DNA of 64,000 bases from Rhodothermales bacterium (GCA_958296045.1 CATQHT010000003.1:2666814-2730813); one strand, 5' to 3'. Positions 1-10,879 are shown, counted from the stretch's first letter. Translations and numbers: made by a program. Notes: generated by a model not told the origin, from the letters alone.

Positions 1-1395
1 ACATAGTAAGTGATGACGTCGCCGCCTTCGAGGCTGAATTCCTCCAGAAAGAGCAGGTGCTCACCCGCGACGCGCAGAGCACTCTCCTGTTCAACTAGTG
101 CAATACGCTGGGCTTCGCCGCCGCCCACATAGAAGACCAAGTCCAGCGCCGTCACGCCGAAGTCGTCCTCCGCGTCGGCGGCTACCAACACCTCCTCTAT
201 CGCGTTGGCGCGCAGGTCGCGCCCGGGATCCCGCAACGTGATGTGCGGCTTCTCGTCCGGTATCGGCACGATGGCGTGCTGCTGTGGAAACTGGTTCCGT
301 TTGCCCTCCGCATCCAACAGGCGAATCGTGAACAGATCCTCCTCTGCCAGCACAAAGTCGGTCGCAAACCGTCCATCACCCAACGAGCGCATCGTGCGCT
401 GCTGGCCGTGTTCCATCGCCATAACCGCGCTGGCGCTCTTGGCCGAGGCGGTGACCGTCAGGGTCACCGCAGAGCCCTCAAGCCCGACGATGTCACCAGC
501 ATCCTCCTCGATCCTTGGCGCCAATGGCAGGTGCTCTGGATAGACATAGGTCACGTCAATACGCTCGACCGCCGGAAACTCATACACCGAGATCGTGAAT
601 GCTTTTGTGCGCCGTCGCCCAGCTTCCACGAAGTACGTCACGGGTGCCTGAATGCTGGCAAACTCCGCCATAAATGCGGTCCCTTGCGAGCCCGGCTCCA
701 TTGCTCTGCGCGCCCATTCCGCCTCGCCTTCCCTGTAGGCTATCACTACGTCATCGCCGATGCTTCTTTGCAGCTCGGCCACGACAGCTACGGACTCTCC
801 CTTTTCGATTTCCACATCGCCGGGCGACACGCGCATAAAGGGGGTGGTAGCAGCGGCGGTTTCTGCCGCGACGAGGCGAATCCGGTCCACATTGGTGGCA
901 CCGAAAACCAGTAACGCAATGGCCACCGCCACCCCCAGACCTGTGATGACGCGTGCCTGCACTTTGCGTACCAGGGTCCCAGGCACGATAGCGCGCGCCA
1001 TGCGCGCCGCATCGGCGAACAGATCTTGTAGCAGGCGATCATCGGCGCCTTCGGCGCTCAAGGCTCGCGCTTCGGTAGCGCTGTTGATGCGGTCTTCTAG
1101 GTCTGGGCGTTGCTCTTCGATAAATAGCGCGACCTGGCGATCGGTGACAGGACGCCTTAGGGGACGTATCAGTGCCCACCAGGCGGTCCCCAGCGTGGCT
1201 GCCGCACCTAAGGTGGCGGCCACCCAGGGTGGCAGTGCCGCTGCGCGCAGCGCGGGCATCAGAAAAAACAACGCCACCAGGCAGGCGGCGGCTGCGACCA
1301 GGGTGAGCGTGGCGCCCTGCATTACGGTTCGGCGCCGCACTTGGCGTCGCACCTCACCGATCAGGCTATGAAGGTGGGTCTGCACGTTCTTCATG
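1..1395 (-). CDS. DUF4175-like large membrane protein of the BatA/DUF58 operon (5' part only, runs off the window)
   Basis: My own minus-strand translation from an ATG at about 1395 reads MKNVQTHLHSLIGEVRRQVRRRTVMQGATLTLVAAAACLVALFFLMPALRAAALPPWVAATLG... and stays open to position 1. It is absent from the ORF track because it has no stop in the window. It has two N-terminal TM helices and starts a few nt downstream of the vWA gene. Confidence 0.6.
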
Positions 1396-1403
1396 GCGGA
1401 ATG

Positions 1404-3404
1404 CTACGCTTGGGCGGCCTTGCGGTTACGATGAGATAGCACGGTTTCTAGGGCAAACAGCCCCAGGACGAGGATAACGGCCAAGCGCCAAAGCTTTTGG
1501 TCTGACTCGGTGTCCCCAATGGATAAAACCTCTTCTTCTGGAGTTGTCGCGCCACTGGAGCGGCTGACCACGGCGGCATAGGCTTCTTCTGCGGTGCGAG
1601 CCTTAAGCGCGGACTCCGCAGGATCCGTGTTGACCGAAAAGCGGTACTGTTCCTGCTCCGCTGCAGCGACGTAATGGCCTGGCGTTTCGGGGGCCGCAAA
1701 GACGCCCGTGCCCTCTTCATTCATCACGACTTTGTGGATCTGGCCCTCCGGTGTGCTCACGTTCCATTCTGCGTGGGGCATGCCGGTGAGTGTTACGGAT
1801 TCTGCGACCACAAACTGGCGGGGCGGCTCACGCAGCGCGGTGCCATAGGTGGCCATCTGATACAGGAACGGGAGGTACAGCTCCTGCAGCGCAAGGTCTG
1901 TCCAGCTCGTGCCGAAGCTTGAAGTATAGACGAGTATAGTGCCCTGGCCAATCCGCCGTTCCACAAGAAAGGGGTCGCCATTGTCGTAGCGCGCCACCAC
2001 GATGGCGCTGTCGGTGGGGGCGAGGCGCACATACCCGCGAAACGTGGGCCTAATGAGCGCGCTGGAAGACGCCAACGGCGCAAATATCGGATGCTGCGCT
2101 TCCACCTGGCCGATATGGGCGCTACCGCCTGGCGCCTGGGAGCGCACCACCTCTGTGACCTGGCCCACGCCCAGCCTTTCAAGTCCGTAACCGGGGGTCT
2201 GAACGGCATCGCCGAAACCGACAATCACGGTGCCGCCCCGCGTGGCAAACGTGCTCAGCAGCGCGGATTCTGTTGAGCTCAGGCGCGCTGTATTGGTCAC
2301 AAACACCACATCGCTCCTGAGCAGTGCCGAGGCGCTCAGTCGTGTTGCCGCGCTAAAGTCGAAGCGGGACCCTTGGCCCAGGTCAAACGCGCGCTGCAAA
2401 AAGAAGGCGTCCCGGTCTGCAGCCACTGCCAGCACCGCAGGGCGCGCGGCAACCCGGAAGGTAATGTAGTAGCGGTTGTCCGCTATCAGGTCATCGTCTG
2501 CTAGCGCCAGGTGTCCTTGGTATATGCCAGCGCGCGGCGCCACATACTGAAACGAGACCGTCCGAAGCCCGGGCTCGCCGGAAGACCTACGGTCCAGCTC
2601 TTCCTCTCCGATCCAGAGGCTCACCTCTTCGTCAGCGCTCAAAGCCAGATAGCGGGCGCCGATCTGTGTCACGGTGCCGCTGCCGCGCTGGCGCGAACTC
2701 AGGCTGACCGCAGCAAAATGCCGGTTGTCGCGTGCCTCTGTGCCCACCAGGACGGGTTCGAAGGTGACCCCTTCAGGCAGTGTGTATTCCTCTATGGAGG
2801 CCCGAAAGCCGCTCTGCTGCAGGTCAGAAATCAACACTACTCGCTGTGCGCTGTGGCGGGCCTCTTTCAGGATGTTCTCCGCGACTTGCAGAGCCGCCAG
2901 TATGTCCGTCGTACGGTAGGAGGGCTGCGCGGCAGCCGCCAGCACGCCAAGCTCGCGCGTATCGCGCGTGAGCGGCGAGAGCTGCGTGGCGTGGTCGCTG
3001 AACGACACCAGGGCCAGCTCATCTCGGCCGGAAGCCTGCGCGATGATGCGCTCTACGGCGTCTTGCGCCTCCTCAAAGGTGCGCTGGGCCTGCATGCTCA
3101 GTGACTGGTCCAGAAGGATCACCACGGATTCATCGGTGCGCTCGCTCACAAACGGCAGGGGAGCGCGCATCAGGTATGGGCGCGCGAAGGCGGTGGCGAG
3201 AAGGATAATCATCGCCATTCGCAGAATTAGCAGAAGCACATCGCGGATCTTGCGTCGGCGAAGGCGCTCCATAGGCGTGGCCGACAGGAACATCAGGGAG
3301 CTGAAGGGCATTTCGCGCGCCTTCATCCGGCGCACCAAGTGCAGAAGGATCGGCACCAGTGCCACGCCCGCGGCAGCCAGAAAGAGGGGTGTCAGAAAAG
3401 ACAA
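1404..3404 (-). CDS. BatA-type N-terminal anchor + von Willebrand factor A domain protein
   Basis: 666-aa ORF. The N-terminus MSFLTPLFLAAAGVALVPILLHLVRR matches the aerotolerance-regulator (BatA) N-terminal motif. VVILLDQSLSM is a MIDAS-like DxSxS. There is a C-terminal TM helix. The gene is packed 3 nt from the DUF58 gene. Confidence 0.8.
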   Translation of the reverse strand: MSFLTPLFLAAAGVALVPILLHLVRRMKAREMPFSSLMFLSATPMERLRRRKIRDVLLLILRMAMIILLATAFARPYLMRAPLPFVSERTDESVVILLDQSLSMQAQRTFEEAQDAVERIIAQASGRDELALVSFSDHATQLSPLTRDTRELGVLAAAAQPSYRTTDILAALQVAENILKEARHSAQRVVLISDLQQSGFRASIEEYTLPEGVTFEPVLVGTEARDNRHFAAVSLSSRQRGSGTVTQIGARYLALSADEEVSLWIGEEELDRRSSGEPGLRTVSFQYVAPRAGIYQGHLALADDDLIADNRYYITFRVAARPAVLAVAADRDAFFLQRAFDLGQGSRFDFSAATRLSASALLRSDVVFVTNTARLSSTESALLSTFATRGGTVIVGFGDAVQTPGYGLERLGVGQVTEVVRSQAPGGSAHIGQVEAQHPIFAPLASSSALIRPTFRGYVRLAPTDSAIVVARYDNGDPFLVERRIGQGTILVYTSSFGTSWTDLALQELYLPFLYQMATYGTALREPPRQFVVAESVTLTGMPHAEWNVSTPEGQIHKVVMNEEGTGVFAAPETPGHYVAAAEQEQYRFSVNTDPAESALKARTAEEAYAAVVSRSSGATTPEEEVLSIGDTESDQKLWRLAVILVLGLFALETVLSHRNRKAAQA

Positions 3405-3406
3405 CG

Positions 3407-4336
3407 TTAGTTGCGTCGGCTGCTGCGAGCGCAGAGGTACTCGAACAGAGCCACATCGAGCGGGCGGTCCGTAGTGATGAGCGTGTAGTCGATGCCCAGA
3501 AGGCCGCAGGCCCGCTGGATCGCCTGCTGATGCCGCTGGAAATTCTTCTGGTACACGGCGCGCGCGCTGCGTCCTTCCACCAGGAGCTTGGTGCCGGTTT
3601 CCAGGTCTTCGACGTGCATCACATCTTCGAAGTCGAAGTGTACCTCTTGGGGATCGAGAACGTGAATGATGAGCACCTCGTGTCCACAGAACCGGAAATG
3701 GCGCAGCGCATCGATCAGCGCAGCGCTGTCGGAGAGCAGGTCGCTCACGACAACGATGAAGCTGCGTCGCTCCTGTTGCTCCGCTATTGTATGCAGCGGC
3801 TTGTCAAACGAGGTGCCAGCCCCGGCCTCCACCTTGTCGAGCATGGTGAGCAGCGTGAGGAGATGTCCTTTGCTGCTGCGGGCCTCCAGGCGTTCCTGGA
3901 TGTCTTCATCAAATAGCGTCAGACCGGCAGCGTCCCGCTGTCTGATGGCCAGGTAAGCCAATGCAGCCACTAGGTACCGGGCATAGTCGAGCTTGGTGAT
4001 TGCGCCAGACTGGTAGCTCATCGAGCGGCTGCCATCGAGCAGAAGGTGTACACGCGTATTGGTCTCCCCTTCGAACTCTTTGACCAGTGTCCGGTCGGTC
4101 CGCGCATATACCTTCCAGTCGACGCGCCTGAGGTCGTCGCCGGGCATGTAGGGCCGGTACTGCATAAAGTCCACGCTGAACCCTTTATACGGGCTCCGGT
4201 GCAGCCCGGCGATAAAGCCTTCGACCACGGCGCGCGCCAACAGCTCCAGTCCCGATAGGCGCGCCAGGACATGTGGAAGGATGAACCGCGTCGCGGCTTC
4301 GGCCATAAACGGTTGCGCTGGGGCTCTGTGGCCCAA
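3407..4336 (-). CDS. DUF58 domain-containing protein
   Basis: HRSPYKGFSVDFMQYRPYMPGDDLRRVDWKVYARTDRTLVKEFEGE is the DUF58 signature. It sits in the usual operon position upstream of a BatA/vWA gene. Confidence 0.85.
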   Translation of the reverse strand: MGHRAPAQPFMAEAATRFILPHVLARLSGLELLARAVVEGFIAGLHRSPYKGFSVDFMQYRPYMPGDDLRRVDWKVYARTDRTLVKEFEGETNTRVHLLLDGSRSMSYQSGAITKLDYARYLVAALAYLAIRQRDAAGLTLFDEDIQERLEARSSKGHLLTLLTMLDKVEAGAGTSFDKPLHTIAEQQERRSFIVVVSDLLSDSAALIDALRHFRFCGHEVLIIHVLDPQEVHFDFEDVMHVEDLETGTKLLVEGRSARAVYQKNFQRHQQAIQRACGLLGIDYTLITTDRPLDVALFEYLCARSSRRN

Positions 4337-4456
4337 GGAAACGACAAGCGCGTCGGGTTTGTGCCCACGTCACGCAGCGTGACCAAAAGGGCAGCGGCCC
4401 AGGCGCAGAATGAGCGGGAATTCGCGGTGCCTTGCAAGGCCGCGTTGAGGCGACTC

Positions 4457-5494
4457 CTACGGCGATGGAGACATTTTCCAGAACGCGATACCGCCTGCCT
4501 GCCTGCCAACCTCACCGGTCGCAACGAGCTCCAGCGTCGAGAGGTCGATGACATCGACGGCTCCGGCTTCGCTTCCTACGCCTTCGACGCTCACGAACGC
4601 ATACCGTCCGTTGGGCGCAACCACTACACCGTGGGGTACCCTGCGGGATGTGCTGATTCTGGCCACTTCGCGGCCGGTCGCTGCCGCGTATACGCCCACC
4701 GCCGCGGCACTCTTGAGCGTTGCGACAATAAGGTGCCCATCAGGGGTAAGCGCGAGGTTGTAGGGGGCCCCGGCCGCGGCGATGCGGCGCGTGACGGACC
4801 AGGACTCAAGGTCAATTTCCACGATGGCATCCTGGCCGTTGTTGGCTACAAGGGCGCGATGCTCTGTAGGGTGGTGCTCCACCCAGGTGGGTCGTTGGCC
4901 GACTTTGAGCGTGCGCGTGACGGTCAAGCCCAATGCATCGATCTCGTAGAGCATGCCCTGCATCATAGACACGGAGTAGTGGCGCGTGCCGTCGGGCGAG
5001 AGCCGCGAACCGTGTGGCATCGCACCGGTCGTAACGCGTCCCACCTCTTGCATCCGGGCAGGATCCACCACGGAGATGGTGCTGGGGGTATGGGTGCCGT
5101 GTAGGTTGAAGTTGGCCACGTACAACAGTCCGGTGGCGCCAGACACCTGCATGGTGGCTGGAAACAGGTCCAGCGTCACCGCACCCACCCTTTCGTTTGT
5201 GTCGGTCCGGTACTTGATCACGGAGCCGAAGGGCGCACCGTGCGCGACAGAGACGTACCAGTACTTTCCATCCGGGCTGATGGTGAGTCCGTGCGGGCCT
5301 TCGATTTCAGTCGGGATCCGCCCCACCGGAATGGTCTCGATGGTAGTCACACGCTTTTGGCTATAGCGAACCAGCGAAACCGTATCATCAGACTCATTGG
5401 CCACGTACAGGAGGTATTCCTGCGCCTGGGCACCGGCACAGGAGAGTGTCAGCACCAGTGCCAGCGCGGCGGAGCGGGTGGCCGGGACCTTCAT
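4457..5494 (-). CDS. secreted YncE-like beta-propeller repeat protein
   Basis: Signal peptide MKVPATRSAALALVLTLSCAGAQA. Repeated blade motifs: YVANESDDTVSLV, LYVANFNLHG, ALVANNGQDAIVEIDL, AFVSVEGVGSEAGAVDVIDL. Confidence 0.7.
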   Translation of the reverse strand: MKVPATRSAALALVLTLSCAGAQAQEYLLYVANESDDTVSLVRYSQKRVTTIETIPVGRIPTEIEGPHGLTISPDGKYWYVSVAHGAPFGSVIKYRTDTNERVGAVTLDLFPATMQVSGATGLLYVANFNLHGTHTPSTISVVDPARMQEVGRVTTGAMPHGSRLSPDGTRHYSVSMMQGMLYEIDALGLTVTRTLKVGQRPTWVEHHPTEHRALVANNGQDAIVEIDLESWSVTRRIAAAGAPYNLALTPDGHLIVATLKSAAAVGVYAAATGREVARISTSRRVPHGVVVAPNGRYAFVSVEGVGSEAGAVDVIDLSTLELVATGEVGRQAGGIAFWKMSPSP

Positions 5495-5514
5495 GTGGTC
5501 AGATTGGCTTCGGC

Positions 5515-6168
5515 ATGCTCATGTTTTACTGTACGTCCCGGGCGCGGTTGCCCGCGCTTGTCAGGCGCGGAGCCACCGGTGTTTTGCTATGGCGCACGCT
5601 TGCTGACGCCAGGCGGATCTGTGATGCGGACGAGGTGATCCTTGTCGTGGAGCATAAGGATACCGGACTGCGCAATCTGAGGTGGGCGCCGTGCGCCTAT
5701 CTGGAGCGCGTGCTGCCGGAGGAATTCCAGAATGCGGCGCCGTATCTGCCTCCCCGGGAGGTGCTAGCGGCTGGCGGTGTGGTGCTGCGCGCTGGTGTGG
5801 TGCCCTGGGAGATTCTTCAGATTCGCCGGCACGGCCAATGGGATTTGCCCAAAGGCAAGTGCGACGGCGGCGAGTCGTTGCGTGCTTGCGCCTTAAGGGA
5901 GGTGCGTGAAGAGACCGGGGCGAATGATTTGGCGCTGGGCCGCTGCCTCGGAGCCACCGTGCATGGGTATCCGCAGGGCAAAAGCTATCGGGTAAAGCGC
6001 ACCTACTGGTACGAGATGCATAGCGCCTGCGAGGTGTTTTCGCCCCAGGCGGAGGAAGGCATCACGGCTGTGGAGTGGGTCCGGTGGGATCCGGCCAAGA
6101 CCCGGCTGGCGTACCAGACGCTGCGGCATTTGTCAGGGACGCTTGCTGAGCGTCTCAGCGCTCGCTGA
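5515..6168 (+). CDS. NUDIX hydrolase
   Basis: Nudix box GKCDGGESLRACALREVREETG. The ORF track start at 5446 overlaps the convergent propeller gene, so I prefer the internal Met at 5515. The start remains uncertain. Confidence 0.75.
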   Translation: MLMFYCTSRARLPALVRRGATGVLLWRTLADARRICDADEVILVVEHKDTGLRNLRWAPCAYLERVLPEEFQNAAPYLPPREVLAAGGVVLRAGVVPWEILQIRRHGQWDLPKGKCDGGESLRACALREVREETGANDLALGRCLGATVHGYPQGKSYRVKRTYWYEMHSACEVFSPQAEEGITAVEWVRWDPAKTRLAYQTLRHLSGTLAERLSAR

Positions 6169-6184
6169 GGTCTACAGTGCACGG

Positions 6185-7306
6185 TTACTCAGGCGAGGCG
6201 GCATCTTCGCTGCGCTCTTCTTCGAGAAGCTCATTTAGTGCGTGACCAACGAATGTATGGCGCCATCCATGGCTGAGCGGGCTGTCCCATCCCGCCATAT
6301 GGTGACGCACGGCCTTCTTGGTCGCCACCAGGTTAGGTGCCACATCGGCAATGTCGCTCCGCTCTTGGATGAATTCGATCGCTCTCGCAACCAGCGCTTT
6401 GAATTCGTCATCTTGGGGGATCGCCCTAGGGATAGGGGGTTGCTTGTCCGGTGCCAGGGCGCGCGCTTTCCTTATGATGCGCAAGAGTTCATGTTGGCAT
6501 TCTGCGCCGTACGTTCCGGCCAGACCACGCATGCGTTGAAGGAGGCTTACGGTCTTGGGCATACGGCGGGCTATGGTAGCGACGGTACTGTTGCGCAGTA
6601 TTCTCGGGCGCGGCGTGTTCATCAGCATCGCCTGTTCTTCCCGCCATTTGGCAACGGCTTGCAGCACCGTGAGTTGGGTGCTGGAGTATTTGTGCAGGCT
6701 CGTGAACTTGAGGTATGCCTTCGTGGGGTCGGGATCCACGTACTGTTCGTCATGCTCCACGCTTTTGAATTCATCGGCCAGCCAGGCCGCGTGGCCGCGC
6801 TCTGAGCATCGTTGAAGTAGGATATCGTGCGCACGGCACAGGTACCGTACATCTTCTCGCGCGTAGAGCAGCTGCTCTTGGCTGAGCGGTCGCTGCAGCC
6901 AGTTGGAACGGGTCTCCGAATTATCCATCGTCACACCGAACAGCGTTTCCACTAAGTTGCCCAGGGAGACAGGGTAGCGCAATCCAGCAAAGGCGGCGGC
7001 GCGCTGCGTGTCGAATATTCTTCGCGGCCGTGCGCCGGTATTCTGGTAAAGCACTTGCAGGTCGGCTTTGGGGGCGTGGAACACTTTGATGACGTCTTTG
7101 CGCTCAAGGAGCGGTTTCAGGAGCGCTAGGTCCACGGCAGCTAGTGGGTCGACAAGTTCCGTGTCGCGGCCGCAAGGTGCTATCTGTATCAGGCTCAGCC
7201 GGGGATAGTAGGTGGAAGAGCTGATAAACTCCGTATCAATGGCCACGATGCCCGCTCGGATGGCCTTGTTTAGCAGCACCTGCAGTGCGTCGTTGGTGGT
7301 GACCAT
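6185..7306 (-). CDS. rnd: ribonuclease D
   Basis: DEDDy 3'-5' exonuclease motifs IAIDTEF, HAPKADLQVL and YAREDVRYL, followed by an HRDC-like region. 373 aa. Confidence 0.85.
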   Translation of the reverse strand: MVTTNDALQVLLNKAIRAGIVAIDTEFISSSTYYPRLSLIQIAPCGRDTELVDPLAAVDLALLKPLLERKDVIKVFHAPKADLQVLYQNTGARPRRIFDTQRAAAFAGLRYPVSLGNLVETLFGVTMDNSETRSNWLQRPLSQEQLLYAREDVRYLCRAHDILLQRCSERGHAAWLADEFKSVEHDEQYVDPDPTKAYLKFTSLHKYSSTQLTVLQAVAKWREEQAMLMNTPRPRILRNSTVATIARRMPKTVSLLQRMRGLAGTYGAECQHELLRIIRKARALAPDKQPPIPRAIPQDDEFKALVARAIEFIQERSDIADVAPNLVATKKAVRHHMAGWDSPLSHGWRHTFVGHALNELLEEERSEDAASPE

Positions 7307-7495
7307 GCTGATCGGGGTTGTTGTTGTGTTTGGTGGGAGTCGAGCCGGTGGCAGGCCGCAGGTCGGTCTTTTTTGCTCCTATCGCGGCCTCTGGATGTGG
7401 GATGGGCCATGGAGGTGCCCTATCGGACCCCTTGGGCCGTCTGGTTGTTATAGGGTCGGCGCGCTATTTTCAGGTCATCACCACTTCCTTTTCCG

Positions 7496-7837
7496 ATGCC
7501 GTACGTCGTTGCCGAGCCTTGTATCAACTGCAAGCACACCGACTGCGTGGAGGTGTGCCCGGTAGACTGCTTCTATGAGGGGCCCAACTTCCTTGTCATT
7601 CATCCAGACGAATGCATCGATTGTAACGCGTGCGTTCCCGTATGTCCAGTCGAGGCTATCTTCCCCGATGATGAGTTGCCTGAGGAGTGGGAGCATTACA
7701 CTCAGTGGAACGAGTATCTGGCCGAAAAGTGGCAAGACGCGGGTTACAACATCGTCGAGCGCGGCGAGCCCATGGAAAACGCCGAGGAGTGGAAGACGCG
7801 GGAGAAGACTGAAGAGGACATCCTGGACTGGGAGTAG
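7496..7837 (+). CDS. fdxA: 7Fe (3Fe-4S + 4Fe-4S) ferredoxin, FdxA type
   Basis: [56 protein letters not shown] matches the FdxA family almost residue for residue. Confidence 0.9.
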   Translation: MPYVVAEPCINCKHTDCVEVCPVDCFYEGPNFLVIHPDECIDCNACVPVCPVEAIFPDDELPEEWEHYTQWNEYLAEKWQDAGYNIVERGEPMENAEEWKTREKTEEDILDWE

Positions 7838-8724
7838 GCGTGCGGTGTGCGGCGCCGTGCGCCTCGGTGTCCCAGAGAATGCCCGAGCTATTTCGGATCC
7901 GTGCGCAGCCACATCTGTGATGGATTGGCTGGCCCAGGTTCGTCACTGTTTCTCTCAAAAGGGTAGCTCGACTATGCGTCATAAGTGAGAATCACACGTT
8001 GCTCCAAGCCTAGTCGCTAAGTGTCTTCCAAGTCCGTGGCGAGTGTGGTGGCCTCTCTGGATGCGAGATAGGTAACCGTCCCGTTGCGTGCGTTTGATGC
8101 AGACCATGTACCCATCTTATGTTTTGATGGGGTCTTCGTGGCCATGCGGTTGCCTCGGCTCCAGGCAGGTCGGGAATATCCTTAGCTGTTGCTGGACGGC
8201 TTGGATTTGCGGTACCGAGTAGGTCTGCTGAGGATTGGTTGAGGCATGTTGTGGTGGTCAGTGGCGGGGAATAAGCGTCCAGTTGCGTGCATATTACATT
8301 GAGCGGCTTGGCCTGCTGATGTTGGTTCATCATCGGTTAGTGAGCCGTTCAATGGGGGTGCTATGGCATCGTTACGTCGCCCTTCGGAGGACATGTTGCT
8401 GCTGCTGGAGCGTATTTCTGGGTGGCCTGCAACGTCTGGGGGTGTTTTGCCTGGAGCACGGCCTATCGGAGCGTGGAAATTCCTACGGGCGCAAGAATTA
8501 TACGCCGTCTGTGTCGCGGACTTTGGGAGCATAATCCGAGGTAAGCTGGACACTTGTGGAGGGTTGCTGGGGCCTGTTGCAGGGCTGAGTAGAGGCCTTT
8601 ACTGGTGGCGGATTCTGGCTGGTATCAGCGGAGTAGTGGCGGCGTCGGCGGGGATCCGTCAGGCGGCTAATATCATTGATTCCATCACCAACCGGTTTTT
8701 TTGATGTCATACAAGCGAGTGTCA

Positions 8725-8868
8725 ATGCGAGCGATTAGGGACATGCTTCGGCTGCATTTCCGAGAGGGGTATAGCAAGCGCAAGATTGCGGGCCGTCAGA
8801 GCCTGGGGGTGAAACTCCCCCAGGCTACTCGACGTAAGGGAGTTCAGACTTCTCTCTCTGTCCTGTGA
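8725..8868 (+). pseudogene. IS21-family transposase (IstA) N-terminal HTH fragment
   Basis: My own translation gives MRAIRDMLRLHFREGYSKRKIAGRQSLG..., the typical IstA start (IREILRLxxxGxSxRxIA). A stop follows after 47 codons and there is no DDE domain downstream. Confidence 0.5.
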
Positions 8869-9298
8869 ACCCGCATGCCCCCTAATAATGACTCATTTCC
8901 AAACTATTACGGCCCCAAATTGGCAGCGATTGCTCACACCCAACAAGGTATGGTGCAATCCCGGCCCGGATCCGTCTGGATCAACAGGCCCATCGTAATA
9001 CCCTGAAAGCCAGGAATTACTGGCATCACGAGCGAACCTCCCGCAACCCGAAGCGTAGATCGACCCGAAATGCTACCTTTTTCCCATCCCCAAAGGTGTG
9101 TCATAATTGTTGACACATTCTGTGGCTTTGGATCACGGGCGTGGCGTAATTCACCACCGTGCGCTATATCCCGGCCTTCGCTCACACTCATTACTGTAAT
9201 GCTATGAAATACACACGCACCCTCACGGCCCTTTCGGAATGCCTCCAGGAATGCGACGGAAGTGCTATCGGGATCAAGACAGGGGGGAGGATTTAGAG

Positions 9299-9544
9299 AT
9301 GGCAAGCCCAATATTCAACGACCCGCGGGTCGCAGCTAGGAGACTGGCACCTGCTGTGATAATAATTGGGCCTGTCACGTCGGTGCTAGTGATGTTATTA
9401 GGGCTGCGCTATATCCTCAGTATTGGCTTTTGGCATTGGTTCGCCGTTGGGATGCTCCCACTGACTAGCGCCCTCTTTTGGTATGGAATCGTTATCTTCT
9501 TTGCCTACTGCCAGCAGCGGCATTGGAGAATAGGCAAATTCTAA
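9299..9544 (+). CDS. hypothetical small membrane protein (2-3 TM)
   Basis: MASPIFNDPRVAARRLAPAVIIIGPVTSVLVMLLGLRYILSIGFWHWFAVGMLPLTSALFWYGIVIFFAY, preceded by GGAGG. The local context is AT-richer. I recognise no homology. Confidence 0.35.
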   Translation: MASPIFNDPRVAARRLAPAVIIIGPVTSVLVMLLGLRYILSIGFWHWFAVGMLPLTSALFWYGIVIFFAYCQQRHWRIGKF

Positions 9545-9866
9545 GAGCACCCTTCGACGTCAGCGTCGATTAGGTCCTATCGTGCCCTAAGCCCCTGCCA
9601 AGCAGAGGCGCTGAAACACACGCTCCGCTGACGCAGAAACATGGGGGACCATCAAGGGACGTAGCGGGTCAAGAGTATACGGCCCGCAATCGTCCTTGCC
9701 AGTGGATCTATAACCCCACCAGCGATTCAATATTTTTGTGCATGTAGAAGTTATGGGGATACTTGTTTAGCAGGCAATATGTGTATGATGGGTGTATGGA
9801 GGGACAATACTGGTCCAGCGATGCCCTGCTATAGCGTGCTTTTGTCTTTCACTCTGAGGTACACCC

Positions 9867-10420
9867 ATGAAACCAAGCAAGCTGCTGCGCGATGTGCTGA
9901 AACGCATCCGATCGGCCGCCGGTACATTTGAGGATAACCGTCAGGGGCCCAATCTGCGCTACACGCTGGTCGATGCCGTGTTGAGCGCATTTGCCTGCTT
10001 CTTTCTGCAATCGCCCTCCTTTCTTGCTTTTCAGCGGAGGATGCAGGACGACGTGGGCCGTTCCGGCTGCCAGACGCTGTTTGGCATGCAAGGCATTCCC
10101 TCTGACGGGCAGATCCGCAACCTGCTGGACCGCCTGGTGCCTGATTCGTTTCAGTTCCTGTTTCTGCACCTGCTGGATACGCTTCGTTCCAAGGGAGACT
10201 TTTCGCCATTTGTACGTCTGACGGATCGCATCCTCGCGTCGCACGGGCAAAGACAAGCGTTCCTCGTTCTTCCATACCATGGTGGCGGCGGTTGTGGTGG
10301 CTCCAGGGCACAACCGGGTGGTACCGTTGATGCCAGAGTTTGTCTGCACACAGGATGATCCTGCCGACCAGCACTCGGTACAGCGTCGCAAGCAGGATTG
10401 CGAGATCAATACCGCTATGC
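9867..10420 (+). pseudogene. ISKra4-like (IS4 superfamily) transposase, N-terminal third, frameshifted and truncated
   Basis: NLRYTLVDAVLSAFACFFLQSPSFLAFQRRMQ...LFGMQGIPSDGQIRNLLDRLVP follows the conserved N-terminal pattern of this transposase type. After a frameshift the other frame reads PLMPEFVCTQDDPADQ...QDCEINTAMR (compare QDCExNAAKR). The DDE core is missing. Confidence 0.55.
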
Positions 10421-10514
10421 GGTAGGCCCCAATTTAACTCCGAAGTGCAACATATGCATTCAGGTCAGTGTGCTCGCAAATAGAGGCAGGGATTAGCGAA
10501 GAGAGCAGGAAGGG

Positions 10515-10561
10515 GCCGTTCCATCGAAGGGAGGGCGAAGTCCGACCGGAGATGGAACGGC
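10515..10561. other. perfect 11-bp stem hairpin (GCCGTTCCATC / GATGGAACGGC, 25-nt loop)
   Basis: Read directly from the sequence. It lies just downstream of the truncated transposase. Function unknown. Confidence 0.5.
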
Positions 10562-10736
10562 GTCGGGCAGACTGAAACAGCGCTTTGGGCCCCAAGAGCT
10601 TCGGCGCCGGCGGGACAAACGCCCTTTCCCATGCGCGCAGCCATGCATGATGCCGCATGTAGACGGTATCGTGCCCTACCTGTCGTTCTGGTGATACGAC
10701 CGAATCAATCCATCACGTCAGGCTGGACTGCTGGGA

Positions 10737-10879
10737 ATCGCGGGTCTGTGCAGGGCCATGGCCTGCTTTGGGCCTGTAATCGTGCGCGAGCGCACGTTTA
10801 TAACCTATACGGCGCCGTTTTCGAACGTTTCCGCACGATTCGAACGTTTCCGCACGTTTCCGCACGTTTCCGCACGATT
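10737..10879. repeat. repeat module copy 1 (palindromes + iteron-like short tandem repeats)
   Basis: ATCGCGGGTCTGTGCAGGGCCATGGCCTG...CGTGCGCGAGCGCACG...TTCGAACGTTTCCGCACGATTCGAACGTTTCCGCACG, plus two extra TTTCCGCACG units. A near-identical copy lies about 265 bp downstream. Confidence 0.8.

Noticed and set aside
205-1371. Plus-strand ORFs 205-543, 243-914 and 760-1371 (Ala/Arg/Ser-rich).
   Set aside because: They are antisense to a long open minus-strand frame with membrane-protein features and operon context (DUF4175-like). Their composition is typical of GC-rich shadow ORFs. The same reasoning applies to most overlapping ORFs in the track inside ahcY, metK, the protease, the RND pump and other genes.
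8363-8704. 113-aa ORF ending in a Gly/Ala-rich hydrophobic tail (..GLLGPVAGLSRGLYWWRILAGISGVVAASAGIRQAANIID), followed by AACCGGTT and a run of eight T.
   Set aside because: I recognise no homology and there is no clear ribosome-binding context. The palindrome is too short to form a terminator hairpin. It could be a real small membrane-active peptide, but the evidence is insufficient.
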